Below are positions 27,167 to 36,515 of a stretch of DNA of 64,000 nt, in pieces. The stretch is from NCBI GenBank assembly GCA_964604015.1, contig CAZRXF010000006.1:16487-80486 (forward strand), read 5' to 3'. This DNA comes from an uncultured Pseudomonadota bacterium. Lineage in GTDB: Bacteria > Babelota > Babeliae > Babelales > CAIQNR01. The notes beneath the pieces are model-generated. The model worked only from the letters and a program-made list of their open reading frames with translations. It was not told the origin of the DNA and did not search any database. Made by a program: the position numbers and the translations under genes. Position 1 is the first letter of the stretch, and each line of letters begins with the position of its first letter.

Positions 27167-27991
27167 CTAAATCAGATCCGCAAAACTTTCTTCTGCTTTT
27201 TTAAAGTACAGAAGCGCCACCCCACAACTAGCCACCGTGATACCACAAGAAACAAGGACCGGCCCCAGATACAACGGTTCTGAAAGCAAACTGTAACGAA
27301 ATCCATTGATAATTCCCGCTAACGGATTCAAGGCCAGAAGGTATCGCAGGCCATGAGGCACTGCAGAAAGTTCAAACCCAACCGGCGTGCAATAAATCCC
27401 AAGCTGCACAACAAACGGCAAAATGTGACGAAAATCACGATAGCGAACAATGAGCGTAGCAAAAAGAAGGCTCACCACAAATGAGAAAATACACAACCAA
27501 CCAACAAAAAGTGGGAGTAACAAGAATTTTGACGAGGGCCACACCCCATAGCGAACAATTGATAAGATGACATAGAAAAAGAAGGCAACTCCAAAATCAA
27601 CCAAGCTGCAAAAGATTCTGCTTGCCGGTAAAATCATGCGAGGGAAATAGACTTTTGAAACAAGTTCGACGTTAACGACAAAACTACTACTTCCATACAT
27701 CAACGTATCGGCAAAAAATTGCCATGCTAACATCGCCGAAAAGACTACCAGTGGATATGGAGCACCGCTACTTGGAATATGCGCAATGCGGCTGAAAATA
27801 ATCGTAAAAATAGCAACGGTCAACAAAGGACGAAGCAACACCCACACAATCCCGATAACTGTTTGGCGATAGTGAACCAAAATATCACGCCATCCTAAAA
27901 AGAGAAAAACCTCTCGGTAATCCCATAGTTCACTCAGGACCGTTTTCCATGTTTTTTTTGAGGAAATGACCGTCTCATTCATTGCATACAC
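27167..27991 (-). CDS. wzm: ABC-2 type polysaccharide exporter permease (Wzm/TagG-like)
   Basis: 274-aa ORF with six hydrophobic helices and an N-terminal REVFLFLGWRDILVHYRQTVIGIVW motif. Start is the GTG at 27991 or the ATG at 27982. It lies immediately upstream of wzt. Confidence 0.85.
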   Translation of the reverse strand: MYAMNETVISSKKTWKTVLSELWDYREVFLFLGWRDILVHYRQTVIGIVWVLLRPLLTVAIFTIIFSRIAHIPSSGAPYPLVVFSAMLAWQFFADTLMYGSSSFVVNVELVSKVYFPRMILPASRIFCSLVDFGVAFFFYVILSIVRYGVWPSSKFLLLPLFVGWLCIFSFVVSLLFATLIVRYRDFRHILPFVVQLGIYCTPVGFELSAVPHGLRYLLALNPLAGIINGFRYSLLSEPLYLGPVLVSCGITVASCGVALLYFKKAEESFADLI

Positions 27992-28608
27992 TCTCTTTTT
28001 ACTCGTTCAGGATCAAACTGATCGGTATCAACGCCATTGGGATTTACGAGGATTTTGTGTTCAGGAATTCCCCACCCAATAAGCTCATTTTTTAAGATTT
28101 CTGAAACTACCACAAGATAATCTGCTTGTCTTATTGTCCATCGTTCAATCCACGAAAAAGGCCGTATAAGAAAAGCTAATTTTTTTTCAGACACCCAGGT
28201 GAAAGCGGTCCACACTTCAGAACAGTTGTATTCCAAGATAAGTTTTTTTTTGTACCACCAGGCAAGCAACACACCAGTAAAATTCAGAAGTGTGTAGCGC
28301 TGATAAATGCACGAAACGGGATAGTTTTTTACCAATGGCCGTGTTTGGAAAAAGAAAAAGAATGAGGACAGAAAACAGTTTGCTTTCCACTTTAATGGCC
28401 GTAACCAGGAAGGATTGGAAAGTTTTATCAGTGATTCAAGTTGAACATTATTCAGAACAGAATCAAGGCATGAACAGGCGCAGACCACTGGGTACCCCAG
28501 ATCATTAAATCCTTTTATGACCCCCAAGGTATGCGTAACTGAACCTCCTGCCACGAGTTCTTCGTCCCAGATATCAGCACGCAGATAGAGAATATGCCCT
28601 CTTTTCAC
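27979..28608 (-). CDS. N-terminal (acceptor-side) half only of a GT4/GT-B glycosyltransferase
   Basis: 209-aa ORF with VAGGSVTHTLGVIKGFNDLGYPV, LILEYNCSEVW and ADYLVVVSEILKNEL, ending ...ILVNPNGVDTDQFDPERVKRECMQ*. The GTG start abuts the asnB-like stop, and the 3' end overlaps the wzm start by 13 nt. The C-terminal half is at 16486..17097. Confidence 0.7.
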   Translation of the reverse strand: MKRGHILYLRADIWDEELVAGGSVTHTLGVIKGFNDLGYPVVCACSCLDSVLNNVQLESLIKLSNPSWLRPLKWKANCFLSSFFFFFQTRPLVKNYPVSCIYQRYTLLNFTGVLLAWWYKKKLILEYNCSEVWTAFTWVSEKKLAFLIRPFSWIERWTIRQADYLVVVSEILKNELIGWGIPEHKILVNPNGVDTDQFDPERVKRECMQ

Positions 28609-30564
28609 TCAAAAGACCTCAGTTGCCAACACATTCTGCACCACCCACAACTGCGTGGCATAATTAGCCCGCGTTGTTTGCGTACGAGAAAGAAGCATCT
28701 CAATAGCTTGCTTTTCAAATACAACCGAAAGTGCATCCCGTTTTCTTTCCACAAGGTCGACAAAATAATCCCTAAAATAGGTACCTTGCTTAAACCAGCG
28801 CGTTGTTGGAGCGGCAAATCCCACTTTTTTACGATAGATGACATCGTCGGGCAAAATCCCCTCGCACGCCTTTTTAAGAATGTACTTGGTCATGCCATTA
28901 CGATATTTCAACGAAGTCGGAACCTGAAATGCAAATTCAACATGTGCATGATCAAGAAAAGGAACACGACCTTCCACTGATGTTGCCATGGTCATTTTAT
29001 CAACCCGCATCAATAGCAATTCTGGTAGCCGTTGCTTGAGTTCCAGGTAAATCATCGACTGTAAAAAATCACCGCCCGGCAATGTTTCATAAAATTTTTT
29101 AAGGTGATAATCAACGATCGCGTAACTATCGTACGCCTGATCAAGCCCTGGATAGATTTTCCTGACCACAGGATCTTCAAAAATATTTGTATTCGCTCCT
29201 GTTAAAAGTTCTTGTTTCCACCCTTCAGTAAACGCCAAAGCGCCAGACCAGAAAAGATGATGTCCCGATGCCCACTGTTCTAAAAGTCCAAGCCGTGAAT
29301 ATTTGTGAGGGAAGAGGCGAGAGGCAAGCCAGGTTCCTGCTTGTTTCACCGCACCAGGAACTCCAACAGTAGGCCGATAGTATCGACGGTACACATCAAG
29401 ATACTGTCCATAGGTTTGATAGCCGCAATAGAGCTCATCAGACCCCTCTCCTACCTGCACTACCGTCACTCCGGCATCACGCAGCAATTTCGAAACGTAG
29501 TACAGCGGGATGCAGACAGAGTCAGCTAACGGTTCATCTTGGTGGTAGACCATGGTTTGAAAAAATTCGAATGCTTCTTTTTCTGAGATGGTAATTTCGT
29601 GATGCTCGGTGTTAAAAAGCTTTGAGACCTTACGCGCCCACGCAACTTCACTGTATTCAGGCCCATCGGAAAACGACACATTGAACGTTTTGACTCGATC
29701 GGTAAACCGAGACATTAAGGCCGTGATTAAGCTTGAATCGATCCCCCCCGATAAAAATACGCCAAAAGGAACGTCCGATATCATGCGTTTTTGAACAGCA
29801 TCTGTCAGAAGAGTACGAATCTCACTCACACAAAACTGTTCATTGGTAAGATCTTCTTGACGATAAAATTGGGCAGAAATAAGGGGCGAATACCATTCAT
29901 GGAATGACACTTCTCGTTGCTTATCAAGCTTGAGATACATGCCTGCCGGAAGTTTGTAGACCCCTTGGTACAAGGTATAAGGAGCAGGAGTAACCAGAAA
30001 AGTGAGGTAGTGATACAACGCTTGTGAATTCAATTTTTTAGTAAGCCACGGTAAATTCCAGAGCGTTTTAATTTCTGATGCAAAACTGAAATAGCCACCC
30101 TCGAGTGAAAAATAAAAAGGTTTTACCCCAATGCGATCGCGCACACAGTACCATTCATCGTTAACCAGATCGCCCAGTACTGCAGCAAACATGCCTTCAA
30201 GTTTTTCAAGACAACCAATTCCCCATTCCTTGAATGCGTACAAAAAAACTTCCGTGTCACTTTGGGAGATAAACTCATACCCTCTGCCTTCAAGTTCAGT
30301 GCGCAGTTTTCGATAGTTGTAAATCTCTCCATTAAATATAATGACCACCGTTTTATCTCGATCAAACATGGGCTGTGATCCTGCCTGCGTCAAATCAATG
30401 ATGCTTAAGCGACGATAGGCAAATACTGCACGATAGCGCTCAGAAACCCAGGTTCCAGCTCCATCAGGCCCTCGGTGGGCAATCGTGGTGTGCAATTTTT
30501 CAAGAAGTACGTCATCAACTATAAACTGCTTGCCTGTGGCAAGGTACCCCGCAAATCCACACAT
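28609..30564 (-). CDS. asparagine synthase (glutamine-hydrolysing)-family amidotransferase
   Basis: 651-aa ORF with MCGFAGY (Cys2 Ntn nucleophile), SDTEV and the PP-loop FLSGGIDSS. The glycan-locus context suggests sugar-carboxylate amidation rather than Asn synthesis. Confidence 0.85.
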   Translation of the reverse strand: MCGFAGYLATGKQFIVDDVLLEKLHTTIAHRGPDGAGTWVSERYRAVFAYRRLSIIDLTQAGSQPMFDRDKTVVIIFNGEIYNYRKLRTELEGRGYEFISQSDTEVFLYAFKEWGIGCLEKLEGMFAAVLGDLVNDEWYCVRDRIGVKPFYFSLEGGYFSFASEIKTLWNLPWLTKKLNSQALYHYLTFLVTPAPYTLYQGVYKLPAGMYLKLDKQREVSFHEWYSPLISAQFYRQEDLTNEQFCVSEIRTLLTDAVQKRMISDVPFGVFLSGGIDSSLITALMSRFTDRVKTFNVSFSDGPEYSEVAWARKVSKLFNTEHHEITISEKEAFEFFQTMVYHQDEPLADSVCIPLYYVSKLLRDAGVTVVQVGEGSDELYCGYQTYGQYLDVYRRYYRPTVGVPGAVKQAGTWLASRLFPHKYSRLGLLEQWASGHHLFWSGALAFTEGWKQELLTGANTNIFEDPVVRKIYPGLDQAYDSYAIVDYHLKKFYETLPGGDFLQSMIYLELKQRLPELLLMRVDKMTMATSVEGRVPFLDHAHVEFAFQVPTSLKYRNGMTKYILKKACEGILPDDVIYRKKVGFAAPTTRWFKQGTYFRDYFVDLVERKRDALSVVFEKQAIEMLLSRTQTTRANYATQLWVVQNVLATEVF

Positions 30565-30577
30565 GATCCCCTCCTTT

Positions 30578-31600
30578 TTACAGGTATTCTTCGTTGCGTT
30601 CTTGTTTTAAAAGATCAAGAACATTTTTAACTTTATCGATCTGGTCACGATGTACAATGAGAAGAATCCCGTCACTTTGTACCACACACACGTTATCGAC
30701 TCCAACAAGTGCAACAAGAGAATCCTGTGCGTCAACAAGATTGTCATGCGCGTCGATGCAGACGACCCGTTTTTCTCCTGCTGCCCGCTTATGCACAGAA
30801 AGAAATTTTTCCAAATTGTTCACATCAAACCAGATAAAATCTGCCGGCAACACAGAAACACAAGGTACTTTTTCCAAAAAATCTTTTTTTATCGAAAGCT
30901 CGGGAATGCCGTAATAATCACCTTCTTGATACAGATAGGCATACACCTCTTCAAATACCTCTGGTATCACCGTATGGCACTGTTCTAAAAAAACTCCTAC
31001 TTGACACACCATAATGCCGCTATTCCACAAAAATCCTTGTTTGACGTATGCCTCACACAGCGAAGGAGGAGGATTTTCATGAAAAAATGCTACAGGCGCA
31101 GGATACTCCAGAGTGGCAGTATCATAAGCAAGATACCCATACTCTGAAGATGCACACAAAGCAGGAAGCCCCAAAACTACTAACCGTTCATGGCTTGTAG
31201 CAAAATCAACCGCATGCGAAAGAAATGCTAAAAATTTAGAAACTTGAGGAATATGGTGCTCAACAGGTAGAAAAACCACAACAGCATGCGGATCTTGGTC
31301 CGCAAGAACAAATGCTGCATGCACAAAGGTTGCTGCAGTACCTCGATCATCCGGTTCTGTAATAATCTTTCCTGCATGAGAAACGAGCAATGGAAGAAGA
31401 TCTTCAGCTTGCTCTTGTGTGGTAATAACCCAATGATGTTCGTACGGAACAAACGAATGCACACGTGTAATCGCCTGCCCAACTAATGACTCTTCAGGAG
31501 TACTGCCGAAAAGCTCTTTCTTACGTTTACGCACAAGAGGCCACAAAGACCCCTCCTGCCCCCCCGCTAGAGTGATTGCATAGACATGTTTGTTTTCCAC
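30578..31600 (-). CDS. sugar-phosphate nucleotidyltransferase (mannose-1-phosphate guanylyltransferase-like N-domain)
   Basis: 340-aa ORF with a divergent NTP loop YAITLAGGQEGSLWPL and WNSGIMV. It lacks a C-terminal cupin. Confidence 0.55.
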   Translation of the reverse strand: MENKHVYAITLAGGQEGSLWPLVRKRKKELFGSTPEESLVGQAITRVHSFVPYEHHWVITTQEQAEDLLPLLVSHAGKIITEPDDRGTAATFVHAAFVLADQDPHAVVVFLPVEHHIPQVSKFLAFLSHAVDFATSHERLVVLGLPALCASSEYGYLAYDTATLEYPAPVAFFHENPPPSLCEAYVKQGFLWNSGIMVCQVGVFLEQCHTVIPEVFEEVYAYLYQEGDYYGIPELSIKKDFLEKVPCVSVLPADFIWFDVNNLEKFLSVHKRAAGEKRVVCIDAHDNLVDAQDSLVALVGVDNVCVVQSDGILLIVHRDQIDKVKNVLDLLKQERNEEYL

Positions 31601-31629
31601 GGCATCTCTCTTTTTTGCGCATTCTCTTG

Positions 31630-33801
31630 CTATCCAGCAAAATCTCTCGTGCCTCCGCCTTTGCAGACAAGCTCATCAATGATGAGTGTTAATTCTGCAA
31701 CTCTTGTAAGGCGCTCAACAGGGATAGGCATTTTCCGTTGCTCAGTTTGAAGACCAGCAAAGAACTTCTCTATCAAAACTTGATGTCCTTTATCAGGGGA
31801 TCGCGTGCTTTCATTAAAACTATGTGGCAAGCCAAACCCTTGGAGGATCTTGTAATCATCCATCACGATAGATTTGGAGTCATAAAAAACTTCCATACGT
31901 TCCTTGCCAAGCCCTGCATGCCCCAGTGCGGTATACAACAAGGTACACACAGAACCATCATCAAAACTAATTTGCGCCGAAAAGTTATCGGTAGGGAAAA
32001 GATCATCAGTTCGTGGCTTTAATGATTCAACTGAAACAGCAACCGGCTTTGCACCTGTCAAAAAACAGAACATATCAAAGATGTGACACGCCTCACCAAT
32101 CACACGCCCCGCTCCCAAATCAGTTTGCGTCCAATGGTCCGCCGCAATATAGCCAACATTCATACGATAATGAATGACAACAGGAGATATGCGCGACACG
32201 AGCTCCCATTTTATTTTCTGAATAAAAGGCGCAAATGAGCGATTATAATCAACACAGAAAGGAACGTTTGGGTTTTCAGTTAAAAAGGTATTTAACTTTT
32301 TATATTGCTCAAAACTTGTTGCCATCGGTTTTTCAAGAAAGACCGCTTTACCATGAGAAAGTGCCTCTAATGCTTGATCACAATGAAATTTGTGAGGAGA
32401 TGCAATCACCACCGCATCAACCAAATCTCGTTCAACAAGATCCCGTGAATCAGTCAAGGCAACGGCAGCGCCATACGTACGACACACATTTTTTGCATTC
32501 GTAACATCCGCATCCACAATGGCTGATATTTTTGTATCTTTAAGCTGTGAAACAATAGGAAGAAGTTTTACTTTTGAAAACCCTCCTGCGCCCACAAAGC
32601 CAATACGTAGTTTTTTCCCTGGTGCAACCTTAAATGAGATAGGCTTTTCAAGAAGCGGCTTTTTAACAGCAGGAACAAAAAGAAGATCATTTTTTGGTGT
32701 GTAACGCAAAATAACACCCAAAACACCCTTACTTTTTATCAGATCATACGCCTTTGCCACATCTTCGATGTAAAATTCCTGCGTTGCCAATTTATCGACT
32801 GACAGCTTCTTTTTACTAATAAGATCGACAATCGCTTCCATGTTACGATTTTCGGTCCAACGAACGTAGTCAAAGGGATAGTCTCTTCCTTCAACTTCAT
32901 AACTTGTATCGTAACGACCCGGCCCATAGGAGCAAGAAATCAGAAAATCTATTTCTTTTTTGTACAGGGGATTGCGCTGCAGATTAAGACCTACATCTCC
33001 AACCACGACAACCTTCCCCTTGCGTCGCGTTACTTCCATTGCTTGCTGAACAATATCACTGCTTGAAGTTGCTGCAGTAATAATGGTGCAATCAACCCCT
33101 TTGTGATGAGTCAAAAAACTCAGGTCTTTTTCAAACGATTCTGACGTTCCATTAAACACATAATCGGCGCCCAGCTCTGTTGCTAAGGCCATGCGTTCAG
33201 GAAGAAGATCAACTCCCACCACCGTACATCCTGCTTGTTTTGCAAGCTGCACCGTAATTTGCCCCAAAAGACCAAGCCCCATCACACAAACCACCTCACC
33301 CAGTTGTACTTCAGCCCGACGTATTCCCTGTAACGCAATAGATCCTATGGTGGTGATGCTTGCATGTTTTACAAAGGCTTCATCTTTAACTGCCACGACC
33401 AGATTTTCAGGAACACATACTACATCAGCATGATTTGCCCACCCAGCTCCGGCACACGCAACAAAATCACCAGCACGAAATTTTGTTACTTTTTTACCAA
33501 CGGCAAGAACACGGCCTGAACAAGAATACCCAAGCGCCTGCAAATTGCCCTTAAGCTTACTTGCAATAAGGCCTCGAGTTCCTTCAAGTCCATGATCAGC
33601 CATCGATTGAAGAACCATTTTTATCTTATGAGGCACATTGCTAAAAATCATACTGCGCTGGGCATTCGATATTGTTGCAGCTTCGGTGCCAGAACTAATA
33701 AAGGAGTAATGAACAGAAATTAAAACCGACTTTTCATCAAGCGATGGTTGCGCCACCTCTTGTACAATCACCGCTCCTTTTTCTAGAAAAAGCTGTCTCA
33801 C
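31630..33801 (-). CDS. bi-domain oxidoreductase (MDR/zinc-ADH-like N-domain fused to a Gfo/Idh/MocA C-domain)
   Basis: 723-aa ORF with an N-terminal half containing the VCVMGLGLLGQ Rossmann motif, and a C-terminal half containing IGFVGAGGFSK and VFLEKPMA (EKP motif). The GTG start makes a GTGA overlap with the wecC stop. Confidence 0.8.
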   Translation of the reverse strand: MRQLFLEKGAVIVQEVAQPSLDEKSVLISVHYSFISSGTEAATISNAQRSMIFSNVPHKIKMVLQSMADHGLEGTRGLIASKLKGNLQALGYSCSGRVLAVGKKVTKFRAGDFVACAGAGWANHADVVCVPENLVVAVKDEAFVKHASITTIGSIALQGIRRAEVQLGEVVCVMGLGLLGQITVQLAKQAGCTVVGVDLLPERMALATELGADYVFNGTSESFEKDLSFLTHHKGVDCTIITAATSSSDIVQQAMEVTRRKGKVVVVGDVGLNLQRNPLYKKEIDFLISCSYGPGRYDTSYEVEGRDYPFDYVRWTENRNMEAIVDLISKKKLSVDKLATQEFYIEDVAKAYDLIKSKGVLGVILRYTPKNDLLFVPAVKKPLLEKPISFKVAPGKKLRIGFVGAGGFSKVKLLPIVSQLKDTKISAIVDADVTNAKNVCRTYGAAVALTDSRDLVERDLVDAVVIASPHKFHCDQALEALSHGKAVFLEKPMATSFEQYKKLNTFLTENPNVPFCVDYNRSFAPFIQKIKWELVSRISPVVIHYRMNVGYIAADHWTQTDLGAGRVIGEACHIFDMFCFLTGAKPVAVSVESLKPRTDDLFPTDNFSAQISFDDGSVCTLLYTALGHAGLGKERMEVFYDSKSIVMDDYKILQGFGLPHSFNESTRSPDKGHQVLIEKFFAGLQTEQRKMPIPVERLTRVAELTLIIDELVCKGGGTRDFAG

Positions 33802-35192
33802 GGGACCTCCTCATTTTCAACTGCTTGTTGGGTCAGATGAGCCATGCGAACCTGTTCTCGTTCCTGCACCTCATCATAACTGCACGCTGCCCAAAAGAAC
33901 TGCTCCTGAGATGGAGACTGTTGATGGGGGGTATGAAGCAGTCCACAAAAATCAATAAACTTTTTATGGGCCAATAGTTTTTTATCCAGAGACTTAAACG
34001 GCGAATGTGCCACCAAACAAGCCACAATGTCAGCAGCGTCAACACCATCCTGCAGAGAAACCGCATGACGCGCCAGATCAGTACCAAGTGCCTGCTTTGA
34101 AACATTTGGTTCACAAATCAAAATTTCCATTTCATTCTTTTTAATAAGATGGCGAGCTATTTGAAGCGCTGGAGACTCTCGTAAATCGTCAACGTCGGCC
34201 TTGTACGTTGCACCCAACAATAACACTCGACAGGTCCGACCAGGGTGTGTTTCTTTCCATTTTGCAACCTTATGCTCAAGAGCTGCTATCACCTCAAATG
34301 GTCTTTTTTCATTTACTTCTCGTGCCGCTTGTAAAAGCGCTGTCTGGTGTGGAAATGTTTCAATTAAAAAGTAAGGGTCTACTGCCAAGCAATGCCCACC
34401 GACACCCACCGTAGGGCGTAAAATTTTCACGCGAGGATGTTTATTTGCAAGGTCGATAAGATCATAAGGATCAAGACCTGCTTCTTGCGCCATGGAAGCA
34501 ACTTGGTGAGCGAATGCGATATTCACATCTCGGTAGCTATTTTCCACCAGCTTTGCCATTTCTGCAGCTTCTGCTGAGGTCAGATAGAGATCCCCACTTA
34601 CAAAGTATTTATAAAACTCAGCAACATGCTGCGTTGATGCTCTGTCGATTCCGCCGATAATGCGATCATTAACTTTTAGTTCGTGAAAAATATTTCCAGG
34701 AAGGACTCGTTCAGGACAATGAGCAACAAAGAAATCCTGTCCTATCGAAAGTCCCGTTTTTGACGCCAGAAGCTGAGCAACCAGTTTTGTTGTTCCTACT
34801 GGTACGGTCGATTCAAGAATAACGGTATCGCCCGCTTTCAAAACTCCTGCTACCGACGTAGCAGCTGCATAGACATAGGAAAGATCTGCTTTTTTGTCAG
34901 ACGTAAAGGGAGTAGGAACAGCAATGATGAAAAAATCGGCAGGCTCGTAAATGGTAGTTGCATAAAAATGTTTGTTATCAAGAACCGACTTTAATTTTTG
35001 TACGATTTCCGGCTCTTTGATGATAGGACAACACCGATTAACACATCCAGTCACTTCTTCATTGATATCAATTCCCACCACACGAAGCCCTGCCTGTGCT
35101 GCAAGAATTGCCGTAGGAAGACCGATATAGCCTAATCCTACAACACACACTTTTTTTGGAGTTTCAGATGCTTTTATTTTTTCCATACTCAT
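33798..35192 (-). CDS. wecC: UDP-N-acetyl-D-mannosamine dehydrogenase (UDP-sugar 6-dehydrogenase family)
   Basis: KVCVVGLGYIGLPTA NAD motif and catalytic-Cys motif VGVGGHCLAVDPYF. It lies directly downstream of wecB. There is a ~40-aa C-terminal tail. Confidence 0.8.
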   Translation of the reverse strand: MSMEKIKASETPKKVCVVGLGYIGLPTAILAAQAGLRVVGIDINEEVTGCVNRCCPIIKEPEIVQKLKSVLDNKHFYATTIYEPADFFIIAVPTPFTSDKKADLSYVYAAATSVAGVLKAGDTVILESTVPVGTTKLVAQLLASKTGLSIGQDFFVAHCPERVLPGNIFHELKVNDRIIGGIDRASTQHVAEFYKYFVSGDLYLTSAEAAEMAKLVENSYRDVNIAFAHQVASMAQEAGLDPYDLIDLANKHPRVKILRPTVGVGGHCLAVDPYFLIETFPHQTALLQAAREVNEKRPFEVIAALEHKVAKWKETHPGRTCRVLLLGATYKADVDDLRESPALQIARHLIKKNEMEILICEPNVSKQALGTDLARHAVSLQDGVDAADIVACLVAHSPFKSLDKKLLAHKKFIDFCGLLHTPHQQSPSQEQFFWAACSYDEVQEREQVRMAHLTQQAVENEEVP

Positions 35193-35213
35193 ATCCTTTT
35201 CCTTTTCATGCCT

Positions 35214-36362
35214 TCATTTCTGAGCGACCTGAGTCGCTTGCATGACCTTGATGACACGTGCTACACGATCTGCTGAATACCCGTCTCCGTACACCGATGT
35301 ACGTACTGGTGATTGCTTCACGTTCCCACCAAGAATCCTGTTGAGTGCCTGCATAATAGTTTCCTCCTGCGTTCCCACGATGGTAGCAAGTCCCTCCCAC
35401 ACCCCTTCCATTCTTTCACTTTTTTCACGTAATACAAGTACATCCTTACCAAGACTTACCGCCTCCTCTTGGATCCCTCCAGAATCAGTCATCACGCAAT
35501 CAGATGCATCAAGAATAAAGACTAGTTCGTGATAAGAAAGAGGAGAAAAGAGGAAAACATTTTTCTCTTTTTCAAGCTGCGCTTCTTTGACTGCCGCTAC
35601 CACAACCGGATTGGGGTGATACGGATAAAAGAAGGCACAGTCAGAATGCGCTTGTGCATAGCTTTTAACAACTTTGATGATGCGTGCAATTCCGTCGGGG
35701 AAAGATTCACGACGGTGTGCCGTTACAAGAATTTTTTTCTGGTGCCGTGTTTGAGCAAGCACCAAAGCATCTCGCACTGCCGGCCGCACCGCTGCCTCAC
35801 CTTTTTTTATTTTTCCCTCAACAATGCGAAGTGCGTCAACCACGGTGTTTCCAATACAAAAAACTTTTTCCCGTGGCTTTCCCTCAGCAAGTAGATTCCC
35901 CACCGCAAGAGACGTTGGCGCAAAGTGATATTCAGCAAGAAGACCCACAATCTCACGATTTGCTTCTTCTGGATAGGGACTGTATTTATCTCCTGTCCGT
36001 AACCCCGCCTCAATATGTCCCACAGGAATTTTTTCATAAAAGGCAGCAAGAGCTGCTGCCATCACAGTGGTAGTATCCCCCTGCACCAGCACCAAGGAAG
36101 GCTTATGCTCCTGATATACCCGCTTCATTGCCTCAAGCACGGCACACGTCACATAAGAAAGATCCTGCCCGGGCTTCATGAGAGAAAGGCGCAGATCGGG
36201 GACAACGTTAAAGAGATCAAAAACTTCCTGCAAAAGTTCATTGTGTTGACCTGTTGAACACAGAAAAACCGGAATTCCGGCACTCTTTAAAGAAAAGTAC
36301 ACCGGCAACATTTTAATGCCCTCGGGGCGTGTCCCAACAACTATCATGACCGGACGTTGCAT
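35214..36362 (-). CDS. wecB: UDP-N-acetylglucosamine 2-epimerase (non-hydrolysing)
   Basis: IVVGTRPEGIKMLPV, VQGDTTT, HIEAGLRT and TDSGGIQEEA. The ATG at 36362 is preceded by AAGGAGA (the ORF track opens at 36434). Confidence 0.9.
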   Translation of the reverse strand: MQRPVMIVVGTRPEGIKMLPVYFSLKSAGIPVFLCSTGQHNELLQEVFDLFNVVPDLRLSLMKPGQDLSYVTCAVLEAMKRVYQEHKPSLVLVQGDTTTVMAAALAAFYEKIPVGHIEAGLRTGDKYSPYPEEANREIVGLLAEYHFAPTSLAVGNLLAEGKPREKVFCIGNTVVDALRIVEGKIKKGEAAVRPAVRDALVLAQTRHQKKILVTAHRRESFPDGIARIIKVVKSYAQAHSDCAFFYPYHPNPVVVAAVKEAQLEKEKNVFLFSPLSYHELVFILDASDCVMTDSGGIQEEAVSLGKDVLVLREKSERMEGVWEGLATIVGTQEETIMQALNRILGGNVKQSPVRTSVYGDGYSADRVARVIKVMQATQVAQK

Positions 36363-36515
36363 ACTTTCTCCTTCACAGCTACTAAGAACTTTGTGAATGC
36401 GGATTACCATACCACGGCCCGCTCTGGTTAGCAAAACGAAAAAACTATTTTTAATCTTCTGACAACGGGAGTAAAATGGGTACTTATTTCCCTTTATTTT
36501 GGTAGGAAGTGAAAC

